A stretch of 64,000 nucleotides of DNA, taken from the NCBI GenBank assembly GCA_044377005.1, contig JBILJV010000003.1, positions 9,778 to 73,777 on the forward strand, given 5' to 3'. Under the pieces are notes generated by a model, which was not told the DNA's origin, made no database searches, and was given only the letters and a program-made list of their open reading frames with translations. Position 1 is the stretch's first letter. Every line of letters starts with the position of its first letter. The translations under genes were made by a program, and so were the position numbers. The DNA is from Bacteroidia bacterium. GTDB lineage: Bacteria > Bacteroidota > Bacteroidia > NS11-12g > UBA955. Of this stretch, positions 18,756 through 28,672 are shown piece after piece.

Positions 18756-19619
18756 ATGATAAACTACAATCCTAAAGACTGGTGGAAGTTAATATTTGCA
18801 TTTCACAAAAGTGATACATTTCGTAAATTACTTCCAGCAATTATTGCAATGGCAGTTTTTACTGGGTTAATTACCTATCTGGAAAAGGAAATATTAAAAA
18901 TAGATTTTAAAAATACAACAACCATTCATTCATTAGTAGGATTTGTATTATCTTTATTACTAGTTTTTAGAACCAACTCCGCTTACGAAAGATGGTGGGA
19001 AGGTCGGAAAATATGGGGTAATTTTGTAAATAACTCAAGAAATTTAGCACTTAAAATCAGCGAACTTATTGAAGACAAAGAGTCCAAAAATAGATTTAAT
19101 ATCCTTATTAGCAACTACATTTTTGCCGTTAAACAACATTTAAGAGATGGTGTAACAAAAGATGATTTAATGGCATGTGATAAATATTCAGTTGAGGAAC
19201 AATTGAATTCACAACATGTACCTAATCGAATTATGAAATTTATTTACCGAGAAGTTTATTTACTCGTGAATACCAAACAAATTTCACAAGAACAATTACT
19301 TACCTTAAATCCAGAACTTCAGTTATTTACCGATAATTTAGGAGGATGTGAACGCATTAAAAAAACACCCATACCATATTCATATAACATCTTTCTTAAA
19401 AAAATCATATTTATATACATTGCAAGTATGCCTTTTGGTTTTGCTATGGAATTTGGCTATTGGTCTATCGGGATTGTTAGCTTATTATTCTATATATTTG
19501 CAAGTATAGAATTGATTGCAGAAGAAATTGAAGACCCTTTTGGAACAGATCACAATGACTTACCTACAGATTCTATCGCACAAACCATACAACAAAACAT
19601 AGAAGAAATTCTCATTTAA
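18756..19619 (+). CDS. Bestrophin-family (YneE/UPF0187) anion channel homologue
   Basis: FRTNSAYERWWEGRKIWG is the family hallmark. Multiple TM segments, 287 aa. Confidence 0.75.
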   Translation: MINYNPKDWWKLIFAFHKSDTFRKLLPAIIAMAVFTGLITYLEKEILKIDFKNTTTIHSLVGFVLSLLLVFRTNSAYERWWEGRKIWGNFVNNSRNLALKISELIEDKESKNRFNILISNYIFAVKQHLRDGVTKDDLMACDKYSVEEQLNSQHVPNRIMKFIYREVYLLVNTKQISQEQLLTLNPELQLFTDNLGGCERIKKTPIPYSYNIFLKKIIFIYIASMPFGFAMEFGYWSIGIVSLLFYIFASIELIAEEIEDPFGTDHNDLPTDSIAQTIQQNIEEILI

Positions 19620-19633
19620 CTTATATTGAACCA

Positions 19634-21484
19634 TTGAAACTATTAAAAAATTATCTTTTATTGTGTTTATTTTTTTTAGTCACCTTCTTAATAAGTAGAT
19701 TGTATTTCATTACTTACCTTCATACACAATATACTGATTCATTAATAACAACTTTCTTCAAAAGTTCATTCCATGGGTTTGCGCTCGACTTGTCTGCAAT
19801 AGCATACATTATGAGCTTAATTTTACTTCTTTATGGTCTTTTATTTATAGTTAATAAACCAAATAATAAACGTGCAATTAAAATCTCAATTTCAATTGTT
19901 TTAGGATTTGTTTTTTTATCTACAATCAGTGATACAGAACTTTACAAGCAATGGGGAAGTAAATTCAACAATCAAGTACTTGTTTACATTACACATCCCA
20001 AGGAAATGGCTCTTTCTGCAGGCTCCACTAATTGGTTAAAAACAATTTCTTGGGGCCTTGTTCTGGCCATAATATTAATATTTCTATACAGAAAAGTAAC
20101 ACAATTATTATCCCCTCTAGAACGAAACCTCAAAACACTTTTGGTCTTAATTTCCCTTTTTGCTATAAACTTCATTTTTATGAGAGGTGGCATTGGTGTC
20201 ACAACTATTAGTCAATCAAGAAGTGTTTTTTCAACCCATAAAATCGAGAATGCATCGGCAGTTAATGGTTTGTGGAACGCCATTTATTATATAGTTAATA
20301 ATACTGAGAGAATTTATGGGAATAAATTCAATTTACTGTCAGAAAAGGATGCTAAAACCCTATTCTACAGACAACTCGACTCAGAAATAGACAGCACTCT
20401 TTATTACAAAATAGAAAAGCCTAATATCGTTGTAATTATGCTAGAAAGTTTTACCGCAGGGGCTAGTCATTTACTTTTGAAAAAAAACAATTGCACCCCT
20501 AAATTGGACCAACTTGCTCAAGAAAATTACTTTTTCTCGGAATGTTATGCCACAGGAGATAGAACTGAAAAAGGATTGCTTTCAATATTAAGCGGCTATC
20601 CTGCACAACCAATGTCATCCATTATTGTTTTTCCTGATAAAATGACAAAACTACCTTCTATTTCTAAAGATTTAAAAAAAATAGGGTATAAAAATAGTTT
20701 TATTTACGGAGGCGACATTGAATTTGCCTCAATGAAATCCTATTTAATTGTTAATGATTTTGACTTCATAATTGATAAAAAAAACTTCCCTTCCGAACAG
20801 TTAAACAGCAAATGGGGAGTGCATGACGGCAACTTATTTCAAAAATCATTAAGCCATATTAACACACTTAAACCTCCTTTTTTTACGACTATTCTTACAC
20901 TAAGTAGTCATGAACCCTATGATGTTCCTTATCAATCAGGATTAAGCAAAAACGACCCTTGGCATGCTTTCAAAAACTCGATTATGTATTCAGATTCTTG
21001 TTTATTCGAATTCATCAATCAGTGTAAAAAAGAATCTTGGTATAACAACACTCTGTTTATTTTGGTGGCAGACCACGGTCACGACATTGGATTAACAGAC
21101 ATCCATTACTTTGGCAAACAAAAGTTCCAAATCCCTTTGGTATTATTGGGTGGTGCATTAGATCCAATTTACTTAAAAAAACAAAACAATACCATTGTTT
21201 CTCAATCAATAATCCCTCAGTTAATTACACCCCTTTCACAAAGATTTCAATATAATTGGCAAACAAATAGCAATGACAGCAATGGGTTTGCACAATATCA
21301 CTTTTACAATGGTTTTGGAAGAGTGACAAAAAACCAAGAAATCATCTTTGATAACGACTCCAAGTTTGCTTATAATTATATTGATAAATCGCAAAAAGGC
21401 AAAACATTAAAAGATAGCTTAACCCTTATAAATCAATCAAAAGCGTTTCAACAAATCCTTATAAAAGACTTTCTAACAAAATAA
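19634..21484 (+). CDS. LTA synthase / phosphoglycerol-transferase family protein (alkaline-phosphatase superfamily sulfatase domain with a polytopic N-terminus)
   Basis: About five N-terminal TM helices are followed by MLESFTAG...TPKLDQLA...GDRTEKG...SSHEPY...VADHGH. The apparent start is TTG. Confidence 0.7.
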   Translation: MKLLKNYLLLCLFFLVTFLISRLYFITYLHTQYTDSLITTFFKSSFHGFALDLSAIAYIMSLILLLYGLLFIVNKPNNKRAIKISISIVLGFVFLSTISDTELYKQWGSKFNNQVLVYITHPKEMALSAGSTNWLKTISWGLVLAIILIFLYRKVTQLLSPLERNLKTLLVLISLFAINFIFMRGGIGVTTISQSRSVFSTHKIENASAVNGLWNAIYYIVNNTERIYGNKFNLLSEKDAKTLFYRQLDSEIDSTLYYKIEKPNIVVIMLESFTAGASHLLLKKNNCTPKLDQLAQENYFFSECYATGDRTEKGLLSILSGYPAQPMSSIIVFPDKMTKLPSISKDLKKIGYKNSFIYGGDIEFASMKSYLIVNDFDFIIDKKNFPSEQLNSKWGVHDGNLFQKSLSHINTLKPPFFTTILTLSSHEPYDVPYQSGLSKNDPWHAFKNSIMYSDSCLFEFINQCKKESWYNNTLFILVADHGHDIGLTDIHYFGKQKFQIPLVLLGGALDPIYLKKQNNTIVSQSIIPQLITPLSQRFQYNWQTNSNDSNGFAQYHFYNGFGRVTKNQEIIFDNDSKFAYNYIDKSQKGKTLKDSLTLINQSKAFQQILIKDFLTK

Positions 21485-21532
21485 AGGTTTAGGATAACAA
21501 AAAACTAATTTTTCAAATTGGTTTCAAATGTA

Positions 21533-21540
21533 TATTTTTG
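21533..21540 (+). promoter_or_regulatory. Candidate -7 promoter box (TATTTTTG) for pdhB
   Basis: Exact TAnnTTTG match 20 nt upstream of the ATG at 21561. It lies inside the longer track ORF (21528), which supports the shorter start. Confidence 0.35.
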
Positions 21541-21560
21541 CGAAACAATTAAAAGAAACG

Positions 21561-22538
21561 ATGAGAGAAATTCAATTCAGAGAAGCCTTAAGAGAAGCAA
21601 TGAGTGAAGAAATGCGTAAAGATGAACGTGTTTTTTTGTTAGGAGAAGAAGTTGCTGAATACAATGGCGCATACAAAGTAAGTCAGGGAATGCTTGCCGA
21701 ATTTGGCGCAAAAAGAGTCATAGACACTCCAATTGCTGAACTAGGTTTTGCAGGTATTGCGGTAGGTGCTGCTATGAATGGCTTAGTTCCTATTGTTGAA
21801 TTCATGACTTTTAACTTTTCATTAGTTGCTATTGACCAAATTATAAACAGTGCTGCTAAAATGAATAGCATGACAGCTGGACAATACAAATGCCACATGG
21901 TTTTTAGAGGACCAACAGGAAGTGCAGGCCAATTGGGGGCTCAACACTCCCAAAACTTCGAAAATTGGTATGCAAATACACCAGGCTTAAAAGTGGTTGT
22001 TCCGTCAAATCCTTATGATGCTAAAGGTTTATTAAAATCTGCAATCAGAGATGGTAATCCAATTATCTTTATGGAAAGTGAACAAATGTATGGACTAAAA
22101 GGTGAGGTTCCTGAAGAAGAATACACTTTAGAAATAGGCAAAGCACATGTGGCAAAACAAGGAACAGATGTAACCATTGTTTCATTTGGAAAGATGATGC
22201 TTAGAGTTAATGAAGCTGTAACTGAATTAGAAAAACTAGGCATTAATGCAGAAGTTATCGATTTAAGAACAGTTCGCCCATTAGACCATCACACTATTAT
22301 TGAATCAATCAAAAAAACCAATAGACTTGTAATCGTTGAAGAAGCTTGGCCATTGGCATCTATAAGTAGTGAAATTACTTATCAAGTTCAACGCCATGCT
22401 TTTGACTATTTAGATGCGCCTATCAGACGTATTACGACTCAAGATACACCTTTGCCTTATGCCTCAACATTGGTTGAAGCCTTTTTGCCATCTGTTGGTA
22501 AAATTGTAGAAGCTTGTAAAGCGGTTGCATACAAATAA
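21561..22538 (+). CDS. pdhB: Pyruvate/2-oxoacid dehydrogenase E1 component, beta subunit
   Basis: MREIQFREALREAMSEEMRKDERVFLLGEEVAEYNGAYKVS is a canonical E1-beta N-terminus. About 325 aa. Confidence 0.85.
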   Translation: MREIQFREALREAMSEEMRKDERVFLLGEEVAEYNGAYKVSQGMLAEFGAKRVIDTPIAELGFAGIAVGAAMNGLVPIVEFMTFNFSLVAIDQIINSAAKMNSMTAGQYKCHMVFRGPTGSAGQLGAQHSQNFENWYANTPGLKVVVPSNPYDAKGLLKSAIRDGNPIIFMESEQMYGLKGEVPEEEYTLEIGKAHVAKQGTDVTIVSFGKMMLRVNEAVTELEKLGINAEVIDLRTVRPLDHHTIIESIKKTNRLVIVEEAWPLASISSEITYQVQRHAFDYLDAPIRRITTQDTPLPYASTLVEAFLPSVGKIVEACKAVAYK

Positions 22539-22555
22539 TCAATTTAAACATCTAT

Positions 22556-22588
22556 AAAAAAACCCGAATCTTATTCGGGTTTTTTTTA
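22556..22588. terminator. Bidirectional rho-independent terminator between pdhB and the convergent nucleotide-sugar operon
   Basis: An A-run is followed by the stem AACCCGAAT / ATTCGGGTT with a 3-nt loop, then a T9 run. It reads as hairpin plus U-tract on both strands. Confidence 0.8.
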
Positions 22589-22641
22589 TGTCTTAGTATT
22601 TTTTATATCTAATTACAAAATACACTTAAATCAAAAATGAC

Positions 22642-23628
22642 TTACTTTTTCCCAAAATCCCTGCCATGAGGCTCTTCGTACCAACGCTCTTTGGGTAGAG
22701 ATTTAAAGTATTCGTAAGTTATTCTTAAACCTTCTTCACGGCTTACTTTTGGCTCCCATTTCAATAGTTCTTGGGCTTTAGTAGTATCGGGTTTTCTTTG
22801 CTTAGGGTCGTCTTGTGGTAATGGTTTATAAACTACCTTTTGATTGGCACCTGTTAACTTAATAATTTCTTGAGCAAATTCATTGATGGTAATTTCATTC
22901 GGGTTGCCAATGTTTACTGGTGTAGCACAATCACTCATTAATAGTCTGTATATACCTTCGATTAAATCGTCTACATAACAAAAAGAACGTGTTTGACTGC
23001 CATCGCCAAAGGCGGTTAAATCTTCGCCTCTCAATGCCTGACCTATAAATGCAGGCAATACTCTGCCGTCATTCAGTCGCATTCGTGGACCATAAGTATT
23101 AAATATCCTTACAATTCTGGTTTCTAAACCGTGATAGGTATGATACGCCATCGTTATTGCTTCTTGAAAACGTTTGGCTTCGTCATACACACCTCTCGGA
23201 CCCACAGGATTTACATTGCCCCAATAGTCTTCGTTTTGTGGATGAACTAATGGGTCTCCATAAACTTCGCTAGTTGAGGCTACTAAAATTCTAGCATTTT
23301 TTGCCAATGCCAATCCCAATAAATTATGGGTTCCTAATGAACCCACTTTTAAGGTTTGAATCGGAATTTTTAAATAATCGATTGGACTTGCAGGTGAGGC
23401 AAAATGCAGAATATAATCTAAGTCTCCGGGCACATGCACAAACTTGGAAACATCGTGATGATAAAACTCAAAGTTTTTAAGTTTAAACAAATGTTCTATG
23501 TTTCTTAAATCTCCGGTGATTAAATTATCCATGGCCATTACATGGAAATCTTCTTTGATAAATCTATCGCAAAGGTGCGAGCCTAAAAACCCCGCCGCAC
23601 CTGTTATTAATACTCTTTTCTGACTCAT
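22642..23628 (-). CDS. UDP-glucuronate decarboxylase (UXS-type SDR, NAD-dependent epimerase/dehydratase family)
   Basis: The Rossmann motif is [25 protein letters not shown]...YDEAKR is the catalytic YxxxK. 328 aa, directly downstream of ugd. Confidence 0.75.
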   Translation of the reverse strand: MSQKRVLITGAAGFLGSHLCDRFIKEDFHVMAMDNLITGDLRNIEHLFKLKNFEFYHHDVSKFVHVPGDLDYILHFASPASPIDYLKIPIQTLKVGSLGTHNLLGLALAKNARILVASTSEVYGDPLVHPQNEDYWGNVNPVGPRGVYDEAKRFQEAITMAYHTYHGLETRIVRIFNTYGPRMRLNDGRVLPAFIGQALRGEDLTAFGDGSQTRSFCYVDDLIEGIYRLLMSDCATPVNIGNPNEITINEFAQEIIKLTGANQKVVYKPLPQDDPKQRKPDTTKAQELLKWEPKVSREEGLRITYEYFKSLPKERWYEEPHGRDFGKK

Positions 23629-23634
23629 TTTTTC

Positions 23635-24957
23635 TTAATTAACTATTTCTCTTCCAATACATTCATAGTGATATCCCAAAGCTTTCATTTCTTGTGGCTC
23701 ATAAATATTTCTACCATCAAAAATAATTTTATTATTTAAAGATGTTGAAATTTTATCGAAATCTGGTGAACGGAATTCAGGCCACTCTGTAACAATAACC
23801 AATGCATCTGAATGAGACAATGCAGCATATTGATCATTAAAGTAAGTGATTTTATCACCCAAAATTCTTTGAGCTTCATGCATAGCAACAGGGTCGTAAG
23901 CCAATACTTTTGCCCCTGCTTTTAACAATTGGTCTATCAATACCAAACTTGGTGCTTCACGCATATCATCTGTTTTAGGCTTAAATGAAAGACCCCATAA
24001 AGTGATTGTTTTACCATTCAAATCGCCTAAATAACGTTGTAATTTCGTAAACATCACATGTTTTTGACCATCATTGACATCTTCAACGGCTTTCAACACT
24101 TTCATGTCGTATCCGTTTTCATTGGCGGTTTTAATTAAGGCTTTTACATCCTTAGGGAAACAACTTCCACCGTAGCCAATACCTGGATAAATAAACTTAT
24201 GTCCTATTCTGGTATCGCTGCCTATTCCTTTACGAACCATGTTCACATCTGCACCCATCAGTTCACATAAATTGGCAATGTCATTCATAAAACTAATTTT
24301 GGTTGCCAGCATACTATTGGCTGCATATTTGGTCATTTCAGCACTTGGAATATCCATAAAGATACATGGATGACCATTTAATAAAAAGGGTTTGTATAAC
24401 CTTTGTAATACTTCTTCTGATTTATCACTCTCAACACCAATAACAATTCTGTCTGGTTTCATAAAGTCGTCTATTGCAGCACCCTCTTTCAAAAACTCAG
24501 GATTACTTGCTACATCAAAACTTAAGTTTGAATTTCTTATAGCCAATGCTTCCGAAACTGCCTTTTTAACCTTTTGGGCAGTCCCAACGGGTACTGTACT
24601 TTTGGTTACAACCACCAAATAATCGGTCATGTATTTACCAATATCATTGGCAACCCCTAACACATATTTCAAGTCGGCACTTCCATCTTCGTCGGGAGGT
24701 GTACCTACTGCAATAAAAGCAGCCTCACAACCTTCAATACTTGATTTTAAATCTGTTGAAAACTGTAAACGTCCTTTGTCAAAATTACGCTTCACCATTT
24801 CATCCAAACCGGGTTCATAAATCGGCAAAATGCCTTGTTTTAAATTCTCAATTTTCTTTTGGTCAATATCGATACAAACCACATTGATGCCTACTTCGGC
24901 AAAACATGTGCCTGTTACCAAACCTACATAACCGGTTCCTACAACTGCAATTTTCAT
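23635..24957 (-). CDS. ugd: UDP-glucose 6-dehydrogenase
   Basis: MKIAVVGTGYVGLVTGTCFAE...GGSCFPKDV contains the catalytic Cys motif. 440 aa. Confidence 0.9.
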   Translation of the reverse strand: MKIAVVGTGYVGLVTGTCFAEVGINVVCIDIDQKKIENLKQGILPIYEPGLDEMVKRNFDKGRLQFSTDLKSSIEGCEAAFIAVGTPPDEDGSADLKYVLGVANDIGKYMTDYLVVVTKSTVPVGTAQKVKKAVSEALAIRNSNLSFDVASNPEFLKEGAAIDDFMKPDRIVIGVESDKSEEVLQRLYKPFLLNGHPCIFMDIPSAEMTKYAANSMLATKISFMNDIANLCELMGADVNMVRKGIGSDTRIGHKFIYPGIGYGGSCFPKDVKALIKTANENGYDMKVLKAVEDVNDGQKHVMFTKLQRYLGDLNGKTITLWGLSFKPKTDDMREAPSLVLIDQLLKAGAKVLAYDPVAMHEAQRILGDKITYFNDQYAALSHSDALVIVTEWPEFRSPDFDKISTSLNNKIIFDGRNIYEPQEMKALGYHYECIGREIVN

Positions 24958-26072
24958 TTCTTAAAATATTTTAATACGTTTTCTATAATAAAGTCAATTT
25001 GTTCTTGTTCCATGTCGGTGCCTATTGGCAAACTTACCACACAATTACTCAATACTTCTGAATGAGGCAATTGTATGTCTTGCTTGTAAGCGGTTTGCTT
25101 ATACAACGGCAATGGATAATATATCATAGTAGGAATTCCTACTTTCTGAAGCGTGTCTCTAAAATTTGGAATATCTACATCGCACGTTTGAAGCGTGTAT
25201 TGATGAAATACATGCGTTGAGCTTGGATTTCTTGAAGGCGCTTTAAGATTAGGATGATTTGCAAATGCTGCGTCATATTGCTTAGCAACATTTCTTCTTT
25301 CTATGTTAAACGCATCTAAATATTGCAATTTAACTTTTAATATAGCCGCTTGTAAAGTATCCAAACGTGAATTTACACCCACCACATCGTGAATGTACTT
25401 TACCTTTTGACCGTGATTGGCTATCATTTTTAGCTTTTCACCTAGTTCATCATTATTAGTATAAATAGCACCGCCATCTCCATAACAACCTAAATTTTTG
25501 GAAGGGAAAAAAGAAGTTGTGCCAATATCGCCAATCGTTCCTGCTTTCATTACTTTACCATTAGAAAAAGTATAGTCAGCACCAATAGATTGGGCATTGT
25601 CTTCTATCACGTACAAATTGTGTTTTTGAGCAATAGTCATAATCGCTTCCATATCTGCACATTGACCATACAAATGAACAGGGGCAATTACTTTGGTTTG
25701 TGGCGTTATTAATGCTTCTATTTGATTAACATCAACCGTAAAAGTATCCAAATTTACATCGCAATAAACAGGTTTTAAGTGAAGCAATAAACAAACTTCT
25801 GCCAAAGCTATGTATGAAAATCCTGGGGTAATAACTTCGCTACCTATGGGCAAATCCAAAGCCATTAATGCAATTTGCAATGCATCGGTTCCATTGGCAC
25901 ATGGTATAACGTGTTTGGCTCTAAGGTATTGACTTAAATCGTTGGCAAAAGCTTTTACATCGGGGCCATTAATATAGGCAGATTTATCTAAAACTTGTTG
26001 AATTGAAGCATCAATTTCCGGCTTTAATCGCGCATATTGACTGGCTAAATCAACCATTTGTATTGATTTCAT
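24954..26072 (-). CDS. DegT/DnrJ/EryC1/StrS-family PLP-dependent sugar aminotransferase
   Basis: CANGTDALQIALMAL...SFFPSKNLGCYGDGGAIYTN...GVNSRLDTLQAAIL. The stop overlaps the ugd start by 4 nt. The first ATG (26072) is preferred over the track's TTG at 26096. Confidence 0.8.
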   Translation of the reverse strand: MKSIQMVDLASQYARLKPEIDASIQQVLDKSAYINGPDVKAFANDLSQYLRAKHVIPCANGTDALQIALMALDLPIGSEVITPGFSYIALAEVCLLLHLKPVYCDVNLDTFTVDVNQIEALITPQTKVIAPVHLYGQCADMEAIMTIAQKHNLYVIEDNAQSIGADYTFSNGKVMKAGTIGDIGTTSFFPSKNLGCYGDGGAIYTNNDELGEKLKMIANHGQKVKYIHDVVGVNSRLDTLQAAILKVKLQYLDAFNIERRNVAKQYDAAFANHPNLKAPSRNPSSTHVFHQYTLQTCDVDIPNFRDTLQKVGIPTMIYYPLPLYKQTAYKQDIQLPHSEVLSNCVVSLPIGTDMEQEQIDFIIENVLKYFKK

Positions 26073-26242
26073 TTTTACTTTCTTTTTAGTGAGCAAAGAT
26101 AAGTGTTAACTTGAAAAATTTAGCATTGAAATTTGACAGTTTCATTACAATTTATACAAGATTTTAAAGTGAAGATAATATGACCTTCATCAATTTACTT
26201 TTTTATATGACTTTAATCATAAAAGCACTTTTATCAAATAAG

Positions 26243-26250
26243 TATTTTTG
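26243..26250 (+). promoter_or_regulatory. Candidate -7 promoter box (TATTTTTG) for the MBL-rhodanese gene
   Basis: Exact TAnnTTTG match 25 nt upstream of the ATG at 26276. The -33 element is not obvious. Confidence 0.3.
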
Positions 26251-26275
26251 CTTCAATAATTAAACAAATAATCTC

Positions 26276-27688
26276 ATGAAATTAGAACAAATTTATACCG
26301 GATGTATTGCACATGCTGCATATTACCTAGAAAGCAATGGTGAAGTCGCTATTTTTGACCCTCTTAGAGAAGTTCAACCATATATCGAGAAAGCCATAAA
26401 GAATAAAGCTCAAATAAAGTATGTTTTTGAAACCCATTTTCATGCAGATTTTGTGAGTGGTCACTTAGATTTAGCAAAGAAAACAGGTGCTTCAATCGTT
26501 TATGGTCCAACTGCAAAACCTAGTTTTAATGCCATTATAGCTAATGACAATCAAATCTTTAAAGTTGGTAAATGTCAAGTAAAAACCATACACACACCCG
26601 GACATACAATGGAAAGCACTTGCTATTTAATCTTTGATGAAAACGGTAAAGAACATGGTATAATAACTGGTGACACTTTATTTATTGGTGATGTAGGCCG
26701 TCCTGATTTGGCACAACACGTTATTGCTGATTTAACAGAAGAGAAGTTAGCTGCTCATTTATTTGACTCATTACGCAACAAAATAATGCCTTTAAATGAT
26801 ACTTTAATTGTGTATCCAAACCATGGTGCAGGCAGTGCATGTGGCAAAAAAATGAGCAAAGAAACTACCGACACATTGGGCAATCAGAAAAAAACAAACT
26901 ATGCCCTAAGACCCGATATGAGCAAAGAAGAGTTTATCAAAGAATTATTGACTGGCTTAACAGCACCTCCAGGGTATTTCCCAAAAAATGTATTGATGAA
27001 TATTCAGGGCTATGAAAGTTTGGATACGGTAATGGAAAGAGGAAAAAAACCAATGGATGCCAACACATTTGAATTGGTGGCCAACGAAACAAGTGCCTTA
27101 GTTTTAGATACAAGAGATTCCAATGATTTTGCGAAAGGTTTCATTCCTAATAGTATCAATATTGGTTTAGATGGCAGCTTTGCGATGTGGGTTGGTGAAA
27201 TGATAAAAGACATCAAACAAGAAATCCTTTTAGTTACAGATTTGGGTAAAGAAGAAGAAGCTATTATCAGATTGTCTAGAGTTGGTTACGACCACACCAT
27301 TGGGTATTTAAAAGGTGGTTTTGAAACTTGGAAACAAGCAGGTAAAGAGATTGATGCTGTTGAGAGAATAAGCGCTTCAGAACTTGAGCAAATGGTCAAT
27401 GAGTTTTGTTGCATTATTGATGTTAGAAAAAAGAGTGAATACGATTCTGAACATGTTCAGGGTGCTATCAATATTCCATTGAACGACATCAACAATCATT
27501 TGTCAGAATTTCCAAAAGACAAAAGATTTGCGTTACATTGTGCAGGAGGTTACAGAAGCATGATTGCAGCAGCCATTCTAAAACAGAGAGGTTGGGAAAA
27601 CTTTGTAGATATTAAAGAAGGATTTGCGGGCATTAAAAATACAAGTTTACCAGTCACAGAGTATGTTTGTCCGAGTACGTTATTGTAA
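26276..27688 (+). CDS. MBL-fold hydrolase fused to two rhodanese domains (CstB-like persulfide dioxygenase / sulfurtransferase)
   Basis: The metallo-beta-lactamase motif is THFHADFVSGH. The C-terminal rhodanese active-site loop is HCAGGYRS. 470 aa. Confidence 0.7.
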   Translation: MKLEQIYTGCIAHAAYYLESNGEVAIFDPLREVQPYIEKAIKNKAQIKYVFETHFHADFVSGHLDLAKKTGASIVYGPTAKPSFNAIIANDNQIFKVGKCQVKTIHTPGHTMESTCYLIFDENGKEHGIITGDTLFIGDVGRPDLAQHVIADLTEEKLAAHLFDSLRNKIMPLNDTLIVYPNHGAGSACGKKMSKETTDTLGNQKKTNYALRPDMSKEEFIKELLTGLTAPPGYFPKNVLMNIQGYESLDTVMERGKKPMDANTFELVANETSALVLDTRDSNDFAKGFIPNSINIGLDGSFAMWVGEMIKDIKQEILLVTDLGKEEEAIIRLSRVGYDHTIGYLKGGFETWKQAGKEIDAVERISASELEQMVNEFCCIIDVRKKSEYDSEHVQGAINIPLNDINNHLSEFPKDKRFALHCAGGYRSMIAAAILKQRGWENFVDIKEGFAGIKNTSLPVTEYVCPSTLL

Positions 27689-27725
27689 CTATTGGATTAA
27701 AGAAAAAACAAGAAACTTAAACTAT

Positions 27726-27756
27726 AAAAAAAGCCCTGAATTATCAGGGCTTTTTT
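27726..27756. terminator. Bidirectional rho-independent terminator between the MBL-rhodanese gene and tsf
   Basis: An A7 run is followed by the stem AGCCCTGA / TCAGGGCT with a 4-nt loop, then a T6 run. Confidence 0.8.
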
Positions 27757-27776
27757 ATTTAATATTGTTTGTAGGA

Positions 27777-28613
27777 CTATGCGCCTAAAGCTACTCTTTT
27801 GAAACTTTTAACTACTAAGCCAGCTTCTGTATCAGCAAGCATTTTAGCAATTGTTTTAGAATTGTCTTTAACAAATTCTTGATTTACTAAAGTGTATTCT
27901 TTGTAGAATTTATTTAAACGACCTTGAGCAATTTTTTCAGCCATTTCTGCAGGTTTACCTTCAGCGATAGCTTGTTCTTTACCAACTTCAATTTCTCTAG
28001 TGATAACATCTTGTGGAACTTCAGATTCGTTTAATGCAATTGGATTCATAGCTGCAATTTGCATAGCTGTATCTTTTCCAGCCGCGGTATTAGCATCAGA
28101 AGGAGCGTTGTTAAGTTCAACTAATACACCCATTCTGTTTCCAGCGTGAATATATGGAACTATATTTTCTCCTTTTACTAATTCGTATTTAGAAACTTCC
28201 ATTTTTTCTCCAGTTTTACCCATCATGTCAAGTAATGCTTGTTCGATGGTAAGACCATTTGCAGTTGAAGCTACTAAAGTTGTAATGTCAGCAGGTTGGG
28301 TTGATAAAGCATGTTTTGCTATCATGTTAGCAAAAGTAACGAAATCATCATTTTTTGCTACGAAATCTGTTTCGCAATTCAATTCAATGATTACACCTAC
28401 TTTTCTATCATCACTTGTAAGTGCAATAACTGCACCTTCTTTTGCTGACCTATCAGCTCTATTTAAAGAAATTTTTTGACCTTTTTTTCTAAGAAAATCT
28501 ACGGCCGCATCAAAATCACCATTGGTTTCGGAAAGGGCTTTTTTGCAATCCATCATTCCTGCACCTGTCATTTGACGGAGTTTGTTTACATCTGCTGCAC
28601 TAATTGTTGACAT
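27777..28613 (-). CDS. tsf: Translation elongation factor Ts
   Basis: ISAADVNKLRQMTGAGMMDCKKAL is the canonical EF-Ts N-terminus. It lies downstream of rpsB. Confidence 0.95.
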   Translation of the reverse strand: MSTISAADVNKLRQMTGAGMMDCKKALSETNGDFDAAVDFLRKKGQKISLNRADRSAKEGAVIALTSDDRKVGVIIELNCETDFVAKNDDFVTFANMIAKHALSTQPADITTLVASTANGLTIEQALLDMMGKTGEKMEVSKYELVKGENIVPYIHAGNRMGVLVELNNAPSDANTAAGKDTAMQIAAMNPIALNESEVPQDVITREIEVGKEQAIAEGKPAEMAEKIAQGRLNKFYKEYTLVNQEFVKDNSKTIAKMLADTEAGLVVKSFKRVALGA

Positions 28614-28672
28614 ATTATATAAAAATTATAAACGGTTAAGAGTAATAAAAAAGAAATTCTGAGAATATAAAA

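Noticed and set aside
21528-21560. An N-terminal extension of pdhB in the track ORF (MYIFAKQLKET)
   Set aside because: The extension contains a TAnnTTTG promoter box. The canonical E1-beta N-terminus begins at the MREIQF Met (21561).
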